Shown here: positions 9,573 through 19,449 of the stretch, piece by piece
Layout of the letters: each line of letters starts with the position of its first letter
Numbering within the stretch: the stretch's first letter is position 1
Source: Candidatus Ancaeobacter aquaticus
GTDB lineage: Bacteria > Auribacterota > Ancaeobacteria > Ancaeobacterales > Ancaeobacteraceae
Direction of reading: 5' to 3'
Assembly: GCA_030765405.1 (NCBI GenBank)
Contig: JAVCCP010000067.1
Span: forward strand, 97,051-161,050
Length of the DNA: 64,000 nucleotides
The notes under the pieces: generated by a model
Databases searched by the model: none
What the model was told of the DNA's origin: nothing
What the model saw: only the letters and a program-made list of their open reading frames with translations
Translations under genes and position numbers: made by a program

Positions 9573-9582
9573 AGTTATCGAT

Positions 9583-10914
9583 ATGGAACTATTTGAATTA
9601 CATACAAATAATGAAGATTCTCATGATGTAGAGGCATATATGCCGCTTGCTGCGCGTATGCGTCCATATTCCTTAGATGACTTTTGTGGGCAAGAAGACA
9701 TTGTTAGTGAAGGAAAATTATGGTGGCGTTGGATGCAATCAGGGAATATTTCTTCATGCATATTATATGGTCCTCCGGGAACCGGGAAAACAACGTTGGC
9801 TTTTTTAGCTGCTCAAACAACGAAGAGTAGTTTTGTTCAACTTTCTGCTGTTACGTCAAATGTGGATGATTTAAGAAAAGCAATCGCTAGAGCAAAAGAA
9901 ACTTTGCGTTATAGCAATCAGAAAACACTACTGTTTATTGATGAAGTACATAGATTTAATAAGGCGCAACAGGATGTGCTTTTGCCACATATTGAAAACG
10001 GTGTCATTACTTTTATCGGTGCAACAACACATAATCCAAGCTTTGCAATTAATGCACCTCTCGTATCACGCGCATCGCTGTTCCGTTTAAAACCACTTTC
10101 AGTTGAATCAATTATGCGTATATGTACAAAGGCTATAAAAAATGAGATTAAAGGATACGGATCGTTGCAGATACAAATGTATGAAGAGGCATTGCGCCAT
10201 ATCGCAGTTGTTTCTGATGGAGATGCCCGTAAAGCGCTCAATGCGCTTGAGACAGGTATTACCAGCACTCCCCCTGATGAAAAAGGGATTATACATTTTA
10301 CGATGGAGGTTGCCGCTGAATCTATACGCACAAAAGCGGTTGTGTATGATCGTAATGGTGATCAGCACTATGATACTATTTCAGCTTTTATAAAGAGTTT
10401 GAGAGGCTCTGATCCTAATGCGGCAATATATTGGCTTTCAAAAATGCTTGATGCGGGAGAAGATATACGTTTTATTGCTCGCAGGATGATTATATTTGCA
10501 TCTGAAGATATTGGTAATGCTGACTCGGATGCCTTGGTAATAGCTACAAGCTGTATGCAGGCAGTTGAATATGTGGGGCTACCTGAAGCGCGTATAGTGC
10601 TTGCGCATGCGGTGACGTATCTTGCCACAGCACCAAAAAGCAACAGATCATATGTTGCACTGTGTGATGCGACTGCTGATGTTAAAGAAGGAAGAGTTCA
10701 AGAGGTTCCTCTTCATTTGAGAAATGCTGCATCTGCATCGTCAAAAAGAATGGGGTATGGGCAAGGTTATAAGTATCCGCACGATCATGAAGGGCACTAT
10801 GTAGATGAGGCGTATGTCGAGCTTGAAAAAGAGTATTATGTGCCAAGTGATAATGGGTATGAGAAAATAATTAAAGAAAGATTGCTTCAGTGGAAAAAAC
10901 AAAAAAAGATATAA
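9583..10914 (+). CDS. rarA: Replication-associated recombination protein A (MgsA/RarA AAA+ ATPase)
   Basis: Walker A GPPGTGKTT and an AAA+ lid, in the RarA family (about 440 aa). Confidence 0.85.
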   Translation: MELFELHTNNEDSHDVEAYMPLAARMRPYSLDDFCGQEDIVSEGKLWWRWMQSGNISSCILYGPPGTGKTTLAFLAAQTTKSSFVQLSAVTSNVDDLRKAIARAKETLRYSNQKTLLFIDEVHRFNKAQQDVLLPHIENGVITFIGATTHNPSFAINAPLVSRASLFRLKPLSVESIMRICTKAIKNEIKGYGSLQIQMYEEALRHIAVVSDGDARKALNALETGITSTPPDEKGIIHFTMEVAAESIRTKAVVYDRNGDQHYDTISAFIKSLRGSDPNAAIYWLSKMLDAGEDIRFIARRMIIFASEDIGNADSDALVIATSCMQAVEYVGLPEARIVLAHAVTYLATAPKSNRSYVALCDATADVKEGRVQEVPLHLRNAASASSKRMGYGQGYKYPHDHEGHYVDEAYVELEKEYYVPSDNGYEKIIKERLLQWKKQKKI

Positions 10915-11468
10915 GGAATTTAACACGTAGCGTTCGAGATGCGTTAACGAAAGATGAAATGGTTCATAAGAGTAGCCGGATAGAGAACCACCTTATGAAT
11001 GTTCCAGAATTTGTGAATGCTCGTTCAGTAATGATGTATGTATCAAAAGAAAGTGAGGTATGCACTCACACGATTCTACAATGGTTGGTGTGTAATAAAA
11101 AGCATGTGATTGTTCCGTATTGTAAAAAAGGAGATAACAAAATAATAGCGGCTCATATTAAAGAGTATGATGATTTGGAAATCGGTGCGTACGGTATTAT
11201 GCAGCCACGTGAAGATATTATCCATGTCGTTAACCCAGAAACTATAGAGGTGTGTATTGTTCCCGGAATAGCTTTTGACGTCAAGGGACACAGAATAGGA
11301 TATGGTAAAGGCTGTTATGATATTTTTCTTCATGAGAATGCATCGAAAAAGACTAAAATAGGATTGTGTTATCAGTGTCAGGTTGTTAACGAGATAAAAA
11401 CAGATGTGCACGATGTTGCAGTAAATGTTTTGGTTACAGAAAATGGTATTACTAGAATAGAAAGTTAA
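10890..11468 (+). CDS. 5-formyltetrahydrofolate cyclo-ligase (MTHFS)
   Basis: VPGIAFDVKGHRIGYGKGCYD signature. Overlaps the rarA 3' end by 25 nt. Confidence 0.8.
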   Translation: MEKTKKDIRNLTRSVRDALTKDEMVHKSSRIENHLMNVPEFVNARSVMMYVSKESEVCTHTILQWLVCNKKHVIVPYCKKGDNKIIAAHIKEYDDLEIGAYGIMQPREDIIHVVNPETIEVCIVPGIAFDVKGHRIGYGKGCYDIFLHENASKKTKIGLCYQCQVVNEIKTDVHDVAVNVLVTENGITRIES

Positions 11469-11551
11469 AATAATATGAACAATAAAGAAAATGCTTCAAA
11501 CAGTAACTCGGCGACGAGTGACGAAGGTTTGGAGTTAAACAGGAGGTGTGT

Positions 11552-13123
11552 ATGATAGAGATGACAATGCTACATTGGCTTATGATATTGGGAGTCAGTT
11601 CAGTTATTACTTTTTTTATCGGGTACGTAATAAGAAAAGTTCTTGCAGAAGGTAAATTGGAGAATGCAGAAAAAGTGGCAAAAAAAATAATTGCTGATGC
11701 GCAAAAAGAAACAGGATCAATTAAACGTGAAGCTACAGTGTTTGCAAAAGATGAGCTGCATAAAACTCGTGCTGAGTTTGAACGTGAGTCTAAGGATAGA
11801 AAACAGGAGCTTACTGGTCTTGAAAAACGAATTTTGCAAAAAGAGGAAAATCTTGATAGGAAAGTTGAGCTTATTGAAAAGAAAGATAATGAAATAAATG
11901 CGCGTGATAGAGAACTTAAAAATAAAGAGCAACGTATTAATGACAAGATAGCAGAGTTAGATTCATGTATCCGTAAAGAAATGGATAATTTGATGAAGAT
12001 TACGGGGCTAAACAAAGAAGAAGCTAAGAAAATGCTCTTATCTAGGTTAGAAGATGAGGTAAGACATGAAGCGGCAAGCATGTTGAAACAGATTGAAATA
12101 GAAACAAAAGATTCCGCGGATAAAAAAGCTAAAGAAATTATCAGTTCTGCGATTCAGCGGTGTGCTGCTGATCATACATCTGAAACAACTATTTCAACTG
12201 TTGCGTTGCCAAGCGATGAAATGAAAGGCAGAATTATTGGACGTGAAGGAAGAAATATTCGCGCTCTTGAAGCAGCAACGGGAATAGACATAATTATTGA
12301 TGATACCCCTGAAGCAGTAATTTTATCAGGTTTTGACGCTGTGAGAAAAGAGATTGCAAAAAATGCGCTCGAGAAATTGATTGTTGATGGGAGAATACAT
12401 CCTACACGAATTGAAGAAGTTGTCGCGAAGGCAAAGAAAGAAATCGCTCAAGTCATTAAAGATGCGGGCGAACAGGCCTCATTCGACACTGGTGTTCATG
12501 GCTTGCATCCTGAAGTTATAAAGCTATTAGGGAGACTAAGGTTTAGAACAAGTTATGGTCAAAATGTTCTGAATCATTCACGAGAAGTAAGTTATCTTAT
12601 GGGGGTGATGGCATCGGAGTTGGGTCAGGATGTACAGCTGGCGAAACGAGCAGGGCTTTTACATGACCTGGGTAAAGCTGCAGACCATGATATTGAAGGT
12701 TCACATGCTGTTATTGGCGGTGATTTAGCGAAGAAATATGGCGAAGGTGACCTGGTTATTAATGCTATTAAATCGCACCATAATGATGAAGAACCGCAAT
12801 CTGTCATTGCCACTCTTGTAGCTGCGGCAGATGCGATATCCGGTTCACGTCCCGGGGCGAGATCTGAAACTTTAGAAGCATATATAAAGAGATTGGGTGA
12901 ACTTGAACGTATTGCTAATTCCTTCAAAGGCGTTGATAAAACGTACGCGATTCAAGCAGGTAGGGAAATACGCGTTATTGTTATACCTGATAAGGTTGAT
13001 GACAATGAAGCTGTATTTATTGCTCGAAATATAACCAAGAAAATACAAGATGAGCTTGATTATCCCGGGCAGATAAAAGTAACGGTTATCCGTGAAACAC
13101 GTGCTATCGAGTATGCAAAATAA
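11552..13123 (+). CDS. rny: Ribonuclease Y
   Basis: N-terminal TM helix, coiled coil, KH domain ([15 protein letters not shown]) and HD domain. ATG is 5 nt after AGGAGG. YmdB lies downstream, as in Bacillus. Confidence 0.9.
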   Translation: MIEMTMLHWLMILGVSSVITFFIGYVIRKVLAEGKLENAEKVAKKIIADAQKETGSIKREATVFAKDELHKTRAEFERESKDRKQELTGLEKRILQKEENLDRKVELIEKKDNEINARDRELKNKEQRINDKIAELDSCIRKEMDNLMKITGLNKEEAKKMLLSRLEDEVRHEAASMLKQIEIETKDSADKKAKEIISSAIQRCAADHTSETTISTVALPSDEMKGRIIGREGRNIRALEAATGIDIIIDDTPEAVILSGFDAVRKEIAKNALEKLIVDGRIHPTRIEEVVAKAKKEIAQVIKDAGEQASFDTGVHGLHPEVIKLLGRLRFRTSYGQNVLNHSREVSYLMGVMASELGQDVQLAKRAGLLHDLGKAADHDIEGSHAVIGGDLAKKYGEGDLVINAIKSHHNDEEPQSVIATLVAAADAISGSRPGARSETLEAYIKRLGELERIANSFKGVDKTYAIQAGREIRVIVIPDKVDDNEAVFIARNITKKIQDELDYPGQIKVTVIRETRAIEYAK

Positions 13124-13128
13124 AAAAA

Positions 13129-13160
13129 GTCTGGGGTCTCTGGTCTGAGGTCTCTAGTCT
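13129..13160. repeat. 4.5 tandem copies of a GTCTNNG heptamer in the rny-ymdB spacer
   Basis: The sequence reads GTCTGGG GTCTCTG GTCTGAG GTCTCTA GTCT. GTCT recurs with exact 7-nt phase. Confidence 0.6.
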
Positions 13161-13172
13161 ATTAAGGTTTTT

Positions 13173-13964
13173 ATGAATATATTGATTATTGGTGATATTG
13201 TTGGGAGACCCGGACGACAGGCGGTCGAAGCATTGTATCCGCGCATTAAAGAAGAATATGGGATAGATTTTTTTATTGCAAATGGTGAGAATGCTGCTGC
13301 TGGGTCCGGTATTACCGCAAAAATAGCCGATGAATTGTTTTCTTTGGGTGTTGATGTTCTTACGATGGGAGATCATGTCTGGGATCAAAAAGAGATCTAT
13401 AACTACATGCAGGGCCATGAGAATTTATTACGACCACTTAATTATCCGCGTAATGTGCCGGGAAAAGGTAGTGTTATAGCTGCCTCTAAAAATGGATATA
13501 AAGTTGGGGTTGTAAATGTTGTTGGGCAAGTATTTATGAAGTCGATAGATTCTCCTTTTAATGTAATAAAAGAAGAAATAGCATGCCTTTCTAAGGAAAC
13601 ACCGATCATTATTGTTGATGTGCATGCTGAAGCAACATCAGAAAAGAATGCTATGGCATGGTATATTGATGGTACTGTGTCAGCACTTGTCGGTACGCAT
13701 ACTCATATACAAACTGCAGACGAACAGATACTTCCTAAAGGGATGGCATTTATTACAGACCTGGGCATGACCGGTCCGTATCGGTCAGTATTAGGTAGAG
13801 ATATTGAATCTGTGTTGAAACGCTTTACTACACAAATGCCGGTAAGATTCGGTGTAGCGTCTGAGGATGTAAAGCTCTGCGGCGTTGTTGTCACTGTTGA
13901 TGAACTGTCAGGGAAAGCCACGAATATTGAGAGAATAGCCATTAGCATGAATAATGATGGTTAG
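13173..13964 (+). CDS. ymdB: YmdB-family metallophosphoesterase (2',3'-cyclic-nucleotide phosphodiesterase)
   Basis: ILIIGDIVGRPGR...GENAAAG...GDHVWD motifs. Conserved position after rny. Confidence 0.8.
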   Translation: MNILIIGDIVGRPGRQAVEALYPRIKEEYGIDFFIANGENAAAGSGITAKIADELFSLGVDVLTMGDHVWDQKEIYNYMQGHENLLRPLNYPRNVPGKGSVIAASKNGYKVGVVNVVGQVFMKSIDSPFNVIKEEIACLSKETPIIIVDVHAEATSEKNAMAWYIDGTVSALVGTHTHIQTADEQILPKGMAFITDLGMTGPYRSVLGRDIESVLKRFTTQMPVRFGVASEDVKLCGVVVTVDELSGKATNIERIAISMNNDG

Positions 13965-13986
13965 TTTTGACAGGTGAAAGTTAGAT

Positions 13987-15210
13987 ATGAATTCAGAAAT
14001 AACTTTGCAGGAAAAGATATTTTCGGTAAGTGAAATAACGACAGGAATTAAATGCGTACTTGAGTCGCATTTTCAAGAGTTTTGGATTGAAGGTGAGATT
14101 ACAAATCTGAGAATACCATCGTCTGGTCATATGTATTTTTCTCTTAAAGACGCGAATGCTCAAATATCAGCAGTTCATTTTAAAGGGTATGGAAGGAACA
14201 CTCTTAAACATGCTCTTGCCGATGGATTAAAAGTGCTTGCATATGCGCGGGTTGATGTTTATGAAAAGCAGGGAAAATGCCAATTACGTATTTTGAAGAT
14301 TGAACCAAAGGGTGTTGGAGCGTTACAACTTGCATTTGAAGCATTAAAAAAGAAATTGCGAGCAGAAGGCCTTTTTGATGAATCTGTAAAAAAATCGATA
14401 CCGCAATTGCCCCAATCAATTGGGATAGTGACTAGTCCGACCGGTGCCGCAATTCGGGACATACTTAATATAATTGAAAGACGATTTTCGAATATTTCAA
14501 TTCTTATTAATCCAGTGCGTGTTCAGGGGGATGGTTCATCAGAAGAGATTGCCGCTGCGATAGATCAATGTAATGAACTGGGAAATATTGATGTCATTAT
14601 TGTTACACGTGGAGGCGGGAGTCTAGAAGATTTATGGGCTTTTAATGAAGAAGCCGTTGCGCGTGCTATATACCGTTCATCTATACCGGTAATATCGGCT
14701 GTTGGTCACGAAATTGACTATACTATAAGCGATTTTACCGCTGATTTGAGGTGTCCGACGCCTTCAGCTGCCGCTGAACTTGTTATAGGGAAAAAAAGTG
14801 AATTCATTGATACAATTAACAACCTTGAAGGCAGGCTTTCGAGCGCTATAGAAAATGCTATACAGGACGGGGATAATCGCATAAAATTGGCATTGGAAAA
14901 TCGCTTTTTCAAAGATCCTAAAACTATTATTCGCCAATATCAGCAGCATGTAGATAATAAAACAAGCAGTCTTGATGCAGAAGTGGAGCATCTTTTGACA
15001 CTTAAAAGGAAAGACTTCATATTGCATAGTCATAAATTGGAAATGTTGAGTCCATTGCAGGTTCTAGAACGAGGCTATAGTGTTACCTTATGCCGTGAAA
15101 AAGTCCTGAAAGATGCTCGGGTAGCTGAAAAAGGTGATATTATGACAACAGTACTTAAAAGAGGAAAAATTTCATCTCAAGTGATACAAATTGAGGATAA
15201 TGAGCTATGA
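13987..15210 (+). CDS. xseA: Exodeoxyribonuclease VII large subunit
   Basis: OB-fold N-terminus plus catalytic region. The ATGA overlap couples it to xseB. Confidence 0.85.
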   Translation: MNSEITLQEKIFSVSEITTGIKCVLESHFQEFWIEGEITNLRIPSSGHMYFSLKDANAQISAVHFKGYGRNTLKHALADGLKVLAYARVDVYEKQGKCQLRILKIEPKGVGALQLAFEALKKKLRAEGLFDESVKKSIPQLPQSIGIVTSPTGAAIRDILNIIERRFSNISILINPVRVQGDGSSEEIAAAIDQCNELGNIDVIIVTRGGGSLEDLWAFNEEAVARAIYRSSIPVISAVGHEIDYTISDFTADLRCPTPSAAAELVIGKKSEFIDTINNLEGRLSSAIENAIQDGDNRIKLALENRFFKDPKTIIRQYQQHVDNKTSSLDAEVEHLLTLKRKDFILHSHKLEMLSPLQVLERGYSVTLCREKVLKDARVAEKGDIMTTVLKRGKISSQVIQIEDNEL

Positions 15211-15500
15211 AAGAAATAAAATTTGAAGATGCATTACAAAACTTAGAAACAATAGTCGGTGATATGGAGGCCGGTGAGTTATCTCTAGATGAGTCATTAA
15301 AAAAATATGAAGAGGGAATTAAATTGTCGCGATTTTGTCTAAAAAAACTTGATGAAGCCGAGAAAAAGATTGAAATGCTTCAAAAAGGATTAGACGGTAA
15401 AGTGAAGAAAAAGAAATTTGTTCCTGAAAAAAACGTTTCTAAAAATGAAGCGTTTATAGATAACGATAACGAGAATCTTTCGGAAGAAGATTTATTTTAA
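15207..15500 (+). CDS. xseB: Exodeoxyribonuclease VII small subunit
   Basis: A 97-aa helical protein with the XseB signature LEELVxxLExGxLxLEESL. Confidence 0.8.
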   Translation: MKEIKFEDALQNLETIVGDMEAGELSLDESLKKYEEGIKLSRFCLKKLDEAEKKIEMLQKGLDGKVKKKKFVPEKNVSKNEAFIDNDNENLSEEDLF

Positions 15501-15508
15501 GGATAGGT

Positions 15509-17458
15509 ATGGCACATTATTTAGATATGATTGAAAATCCGCAGGATTTAAAAAAGCTTCATGCTGACCAGCTTGATTTACTTGCAGATGAGATGAGAAC
15601 AAAAATTATTGATGTGGTGTCAAAAAATGGAGGGCATCTCGCATCAAGTCTTGGCGCCGTTGAGCTTACTATTGCTCTTCATTATGTGTTTGAATCCCCT
15701 GAAGATAAATTTGTTTGGGATGTAGGTCATCAGTGTTATCCTCACAAAATCATTACGGGAAGAAAAAAAGAATTTGAAACTATACGCAAGAAGAATGGTT
15801 TAAGCGGCTTTCCAAAGGTACATGAAAGTCCACACGATGCATTTGGTACCGGACATAGTTCGACGTCTATATCTGCCGCACTGGGATTAGCTAAAGGCCG
15901 TGATCTGAGAGGTGAACACGACAAAAAAGTAGTTGCGATCATTGGTGATGGATCAATGACCGGAGGAATGGCTTATGAAGCGCTTAATAATGCGGGAAGT
16001 ATAGGAAGGAATTTCATAGTTATTTTAAATGATAATAAAATGGCAATATCACGCAGTGTTGGCGCAATGAGTGCCTACCTTAACAGAATACTTACATCAA
16101 ATATTTATAACACTGTAAAGGTTGATATTGAGCATCTTATTGAAAAAATACCGAAGATTGGAAAACCATCTATACGGTTAGCGCAGAAAATTGAGGAATC
16201 TTTAAAAGGTCTTATGGTTCCTGGGATTATATTTGAGGAGATGGGATTTAGGTATATCGGCCCAGTTGACGGACATGATATTAAATCATTGATAAGAATA
16301 TTTCAGAGTATAAAAAAGACTGATAAACCGATATTTTTACATGTCATAACAAAAAAAGGTAAAGGATACATTCATAGCGAGAATGATCCTGAGATTTTTC
16401 ATGGAACGGGTTCTTTTGACCTTGAGTCAGGAGAAGTCCTGAAAAAAGTTAAAAACAAGACTTATACTGAAGAATTTGGTGATATTATCACTGATTGTGC
16501 CAGGTCAGACAGCCGTGTTGTTGCAATTACTGCGGCTATGACGCACGGTACGGGTCTTTTAAAATTTTCTGAGTTATTTCCTAATAGATTCTTTGATGTC
16601 GGTATCGCTGAAGAGCACGCGGTAACATTTGCTGCAGGATTAGCGCTGCAAGGACATCGGCCGGTAGTGGCAATATACTCAACATTTTTGCAGCGTGCAT
16701 ATGACCAGATTGTCCATGATGTATGTTTACAGAATTTGCCCGTTATTTTTGCGATAGACAGAGCCGGGGTAGTCGGGGAAGACGGCCCCACACATCACGG
16801 TGTTTTTGATATTAGTTATCTGAGACACATCCCAAATATGGTCATTATGCAGCCGCGAGATGTTAAGGAAATGCGAAGCATGTTTAATCTTGCGCTTAAT
16901 CATAACGGACCGGTTGCAATTCGTTATCCGCGATGCACGAGTGCAGAGTACGATAAAAATCAATCTCTTGATTCACTTTCTATTGGTGAAGCGGACTACA
17001 TGTGTAGCGGTAAAGATGGTGTAATATATGCTTTAGGTGAAATGGTAAGTGTTGCTCATGGTGCTCGTACTATTCTTTCTTCTTATGGTATTGATATTGG
17101 TGTGGTGAATATGCGCTTTATAAAACCGCTTGATAGAGAACTTATTAAGAAAATAAGTGAAAAAACTAAGACGTTTATTACTATTGAAGAGCATGCACTC
17201 GCCGGTGGTTTTGGGACCGCTCTTTTTGAAATATGCGAAGAAGAACAAATTAAAGATATATCGATTTTACGAATTGGTATAGGTGATACCTTTGTCGAAC
17301 ACGGTAGTCGAAATGAGCTTTTAGATGCATTATCGCTCACACCTGAAGCTGTAGCTCGTTGCATAGCTATGAAAATATTTGGTCACAATTCTACCCTCAT
17401 GCATTCTCTCAATGAGGGGGAAGTGCCCCATGCTAAGATTATAAATTTCAAGGGTTAG
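15509..17458 (+). CDS. dxs: 1-deoxy-D-xylulose-5-phosphate synthase
   Basis: TPP-binding GDG motif, transketolase-like pyrimidine and C-terminal domains. 649 aa. Confidence 0.9.
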   Translation: MAHYLDMIENPQDLKKLHADQLDLLADEMRTKIIDVVSKNGGHLASSLGAVELTIALHYVFESPEDKFVWDVGHQCYPHKIITGRKKEFETIRKKNGLSGFPKVHESPHDAFGTGHSSTSISAALGLAKGRDLRGEHDKKVVAIIGDGSMTGGMAYEALNNAGSIGRNFIVILNDNKMAISRSVGAMSAYLNRILTSNIYNTVKVDIEHLIEKIPKIGKPSIRLAQKIEESLKGLMVPGIIFEEMGFRYIGPVDGHDIKSLIRIFQSIKKTDKPIFLHVITKKGKGYIHSENDPEIFHGTGSFDLESGEVLKKVKNKTYTEEFGDIITDCARSDSRVVAITAAMTHGTGLLKFSELFPNRFFDVGIAEEHAVTFAAGLALQGHRPVVAIYSTFLQRAYDQIVHDVCLQNLPVIFAIDRAGVVGEDGPTHHGVFDISYLRHIPNMVIMQPRDVKEMRSMFNLALNHNGPVAIRYPRCTSAEYDKNQSLDSLSIGEADYMCSGKDGVIYALGEMVSVAHGARTILSSYGIDIGVVNMRFIKPLDRELIKKISEKTKTFITIEEHALAGGFGTALFEICEEEQIKDISILRIGIGDTFVEHGSRNELLDALSLTPEAVARCIAMKIFGHNSTLMHSLNEGEVPHAKIINFKG

Positions 17459-17521
17459 TATTCCTCATGATGGTTTATTTCATAGCGCAAAATCTGTAGT
17501 GTAGATGGTAGGTTAATTCAT

Positions 17522-18253
17522 ATGAAGATAAAAAAGCGTTTAGATCAAGCATTACATGAAAGAGGGCTTGTTGAAAGCAGAGAAAAGGCAAAACGGTTGG
17601 TTATTGCAGGAAAGGTCAAAGTAAACGATTGTGTAGTTGATAAGCCATCATATATTATTAGTGAAGATGATGTTTTTGCCGTAAAAGAAAGCGAACCATT
17701 TGTCAGTAGAGGAGGGTTTAAACTACAAAAGGCTGTAGAAAAATTCTCTTTATCGGTACACGATAAGATAGCGCTTGATGTGGGGGCCTCTACGGGAGGG
17801 TTTACCGATTGCCTTCTAAAGAATGGGGCTCTTAAAGTATATTCAGTAGATGTAGGGAGAGGCCAGCTTGCATGGGTGCTCCGTAATGATGAACGTGTAA
17901 TAGTGCGTGAAAATATAAATGCAAGATATTTGAGTGAAAAAGATGTTCCTGATAAAGTTGATATAGCAACTATTGATGTATCTTTTATTTCATTAAAAAA
18001 AATATTACCTTCTGTAAAAAAATTTCTTAAAACGAATGCTATTGTGATTGCACTTATTAAGCCGCAGTTTGAAGCTGATAGAGCTGATGCTAAAAAAGGT
18101 GTTGTGAAGGATCCAGCTGTGCACAAGAAAGTAAATGACTCAATAATTGCATTTGCACAGGATATTGGTTTTGATTTTCAAGGACTAACCGTTTCGCCAA
18201 TCACAGGGCCTGCGGGAAATATTGAGTTTTTATTATATCTTGGCTTAAAATAG
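17522..18253 (+). CDS. tlyA: TlyA-family rRNA 2'-O-methyltransferase (S4 domain + FtsJ fold)
   Basis: N-terminal S4 domain (RLDQALHERGLVESREKAKRLVIAGKV) and a SAM-MTase domain. Follows dxs, as in Bacillus. Confidence 0.8.
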   Translation: MKIKKRLDQALHERGLVESREKAKRLVIAGKVKVNDCVVDKPSYIISEDDVFAVKESEPFVSRGGFKLQKAVEKFSLSVHDKIALDVGASTGGFTDCLLKNGALKVYSVDVGRGQLAWVLRNDERVIVRENINARYLSEKDVPDKVDIATIDVSFISLKKILPSVKKFLKTNAIVIALIKPQFEADRADAKKGVVKDPAVHKKVNDSIIAFAQDIGFDFQGLTVSPITGPAGNIEFLLYLGLK

Positions 18254-18306
18254 TGTGTAGGAAACGTAATGATACTTTATAATTAAATGATATAAAAAGG
18301 TACTTT

Positions 18307-19185
18307 ATGAAACAATTTGGTCTTATTGCCCACAAAACAAAAAAACATTCAATTGATGTTGCCGAAGACATAATGTGTTTTTGTGATCAGCATGGCGTAA
18401 AATTGAAAGCTGAGTCATGGATTGCACAAAAATTAAAAAGGCCGGAAATTGGAACATCGTTTGATGCTATTATTAAAAAGACGGATATAGTTCTTGTTCT
18501 TGGAGGAGATGGTACAATTCTTTCAACTGCAAAGAAAATGAAGGGTATAAAAACACCGCTTCTCGGGATAAATTTAGGAGGCCTCGGTTTTTTAACGGCA
18601 ATCCGATATCAAGATGTGAAAGAATCTTTATTGGGCATACTTCAAGGAAAAATTAATATAGAAAAAAGAGTTATGCTCAAGGCCAGTGTTATAAGAAAAG
18701 GGCAACCAGTTGAAGTATTTCACGCGGCAAATGATGTTGTCGTAACGAACAGTGCGCTTGCACGAATGATCAATCTTGAAGTATCAATTGATAGTGAATA
18801 TTTAACAAATTACACGTCTGACGGTCTCATTGTTGCTACACCGACAGGATCAACGGCACATTCTTTGTCTGCTGGAGGCTCAATAGTGTGTCCTGATATT
18901 CCGTCAATTCTTGTGACACCAATATGTCCACATTCATTAAGAACTAGACCTCTTATTATCTCAGAGAACAAAATAATATATATTGATATCTGTTCACAAT
19001 ATGATAGCATTTTTTTAACCATAGACGGGCAGGTTGGTGCACAGTTGGAGTACCACGATAATGTAATGATAGAGCGTTCGAAGCAGTGCTTGCATCTTGC
19101 GTATTTTACGGATAATACCTATTTTGATATTTTACGTGAGAAACTTAAATGGGGTGGATACTCTAAGTGTAAGAGTACCATTTAA
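18307..19185 (+). CDS. nadK: NAD+ kinase
   Basis: GGDGT motif and NAD-kinase C-terminal domain. Confidence 0.85.
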   Translation: MKQFGLIAHKTKKHSIDVAEDIMCFCDQHGVKLKAESWIAQKLKRPEIGTSFDAIIKKTDIVLVLGGDGTILSTAKKMKGIKTPLLGINLGGLGFLTAIRYQDVKESLLGILQGKINIEKRVMLKASVIRKGQPVEVFHAANDVVVTNSALARMINLEVSIDSEYLTNYTSDGLIVATPTGSTAHSLSAGGSIVCPDIPSILVTPICPHSLRTRPLIISENKIIYIDICSQYDSIFLTIDGQVGAQLEYHDNVMIERSKQCLHLAYFTDNTYFDILREKLKWGGYSKCKSTI

Positions 19186-19194
19186 AGGATATAG

Positions 19195-19425
19195 ATGAAC
19201 AAAAAATCAGTAAAATTGGTGATAGATGTTGAACGATGCAAAGGATGCGGCCTGTGCATTATCGCATGCAATAGAAAAATATTGTCGTTATCGAAAAAAA
19301 TGAATAAAAAAGGGATACATTATGTCGTATGCAATGATCTTGATAAATGCACGAGTTGTACGATGTGTGCAATAATGTGTCCTGATACCGCGATTGAAGT
19401 ATTTAAGGAAGAGAAGAATACATAG
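19195..19425 (+). CDS. 2-oxoacid:ferredoxin oxidoreductase delta subunit (2x[4Fe-4S] ferredoxin)
   Basis: Two CxxCxxCxxxCP clusters in 76 aa. First gene of the four-subunit cluster. Confidence 0.8.
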   Translation: MNKKSVKLVIDVERCKGCGLCIIACNRKILSLSKKMNKKGIHYVVCNDLDKCTSCTMCAIMCPDTAIEVFKEEKNT

Positions 19426-19449
19426 ATTTTAACGAGTAATAGGTTTTAC

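Noticed and set aside
11452-12081. Long minus-strand ORFs antisense to rny, tlyA (17545-18126), the giant gene (54055-54843) and others
   Set aside because: All are embedded antisense in well-supported + strand genes. Their translations are Ser/Leu/Ile-rich and low-complexity, typical of the antisense frames of AT-rich coding DNA.
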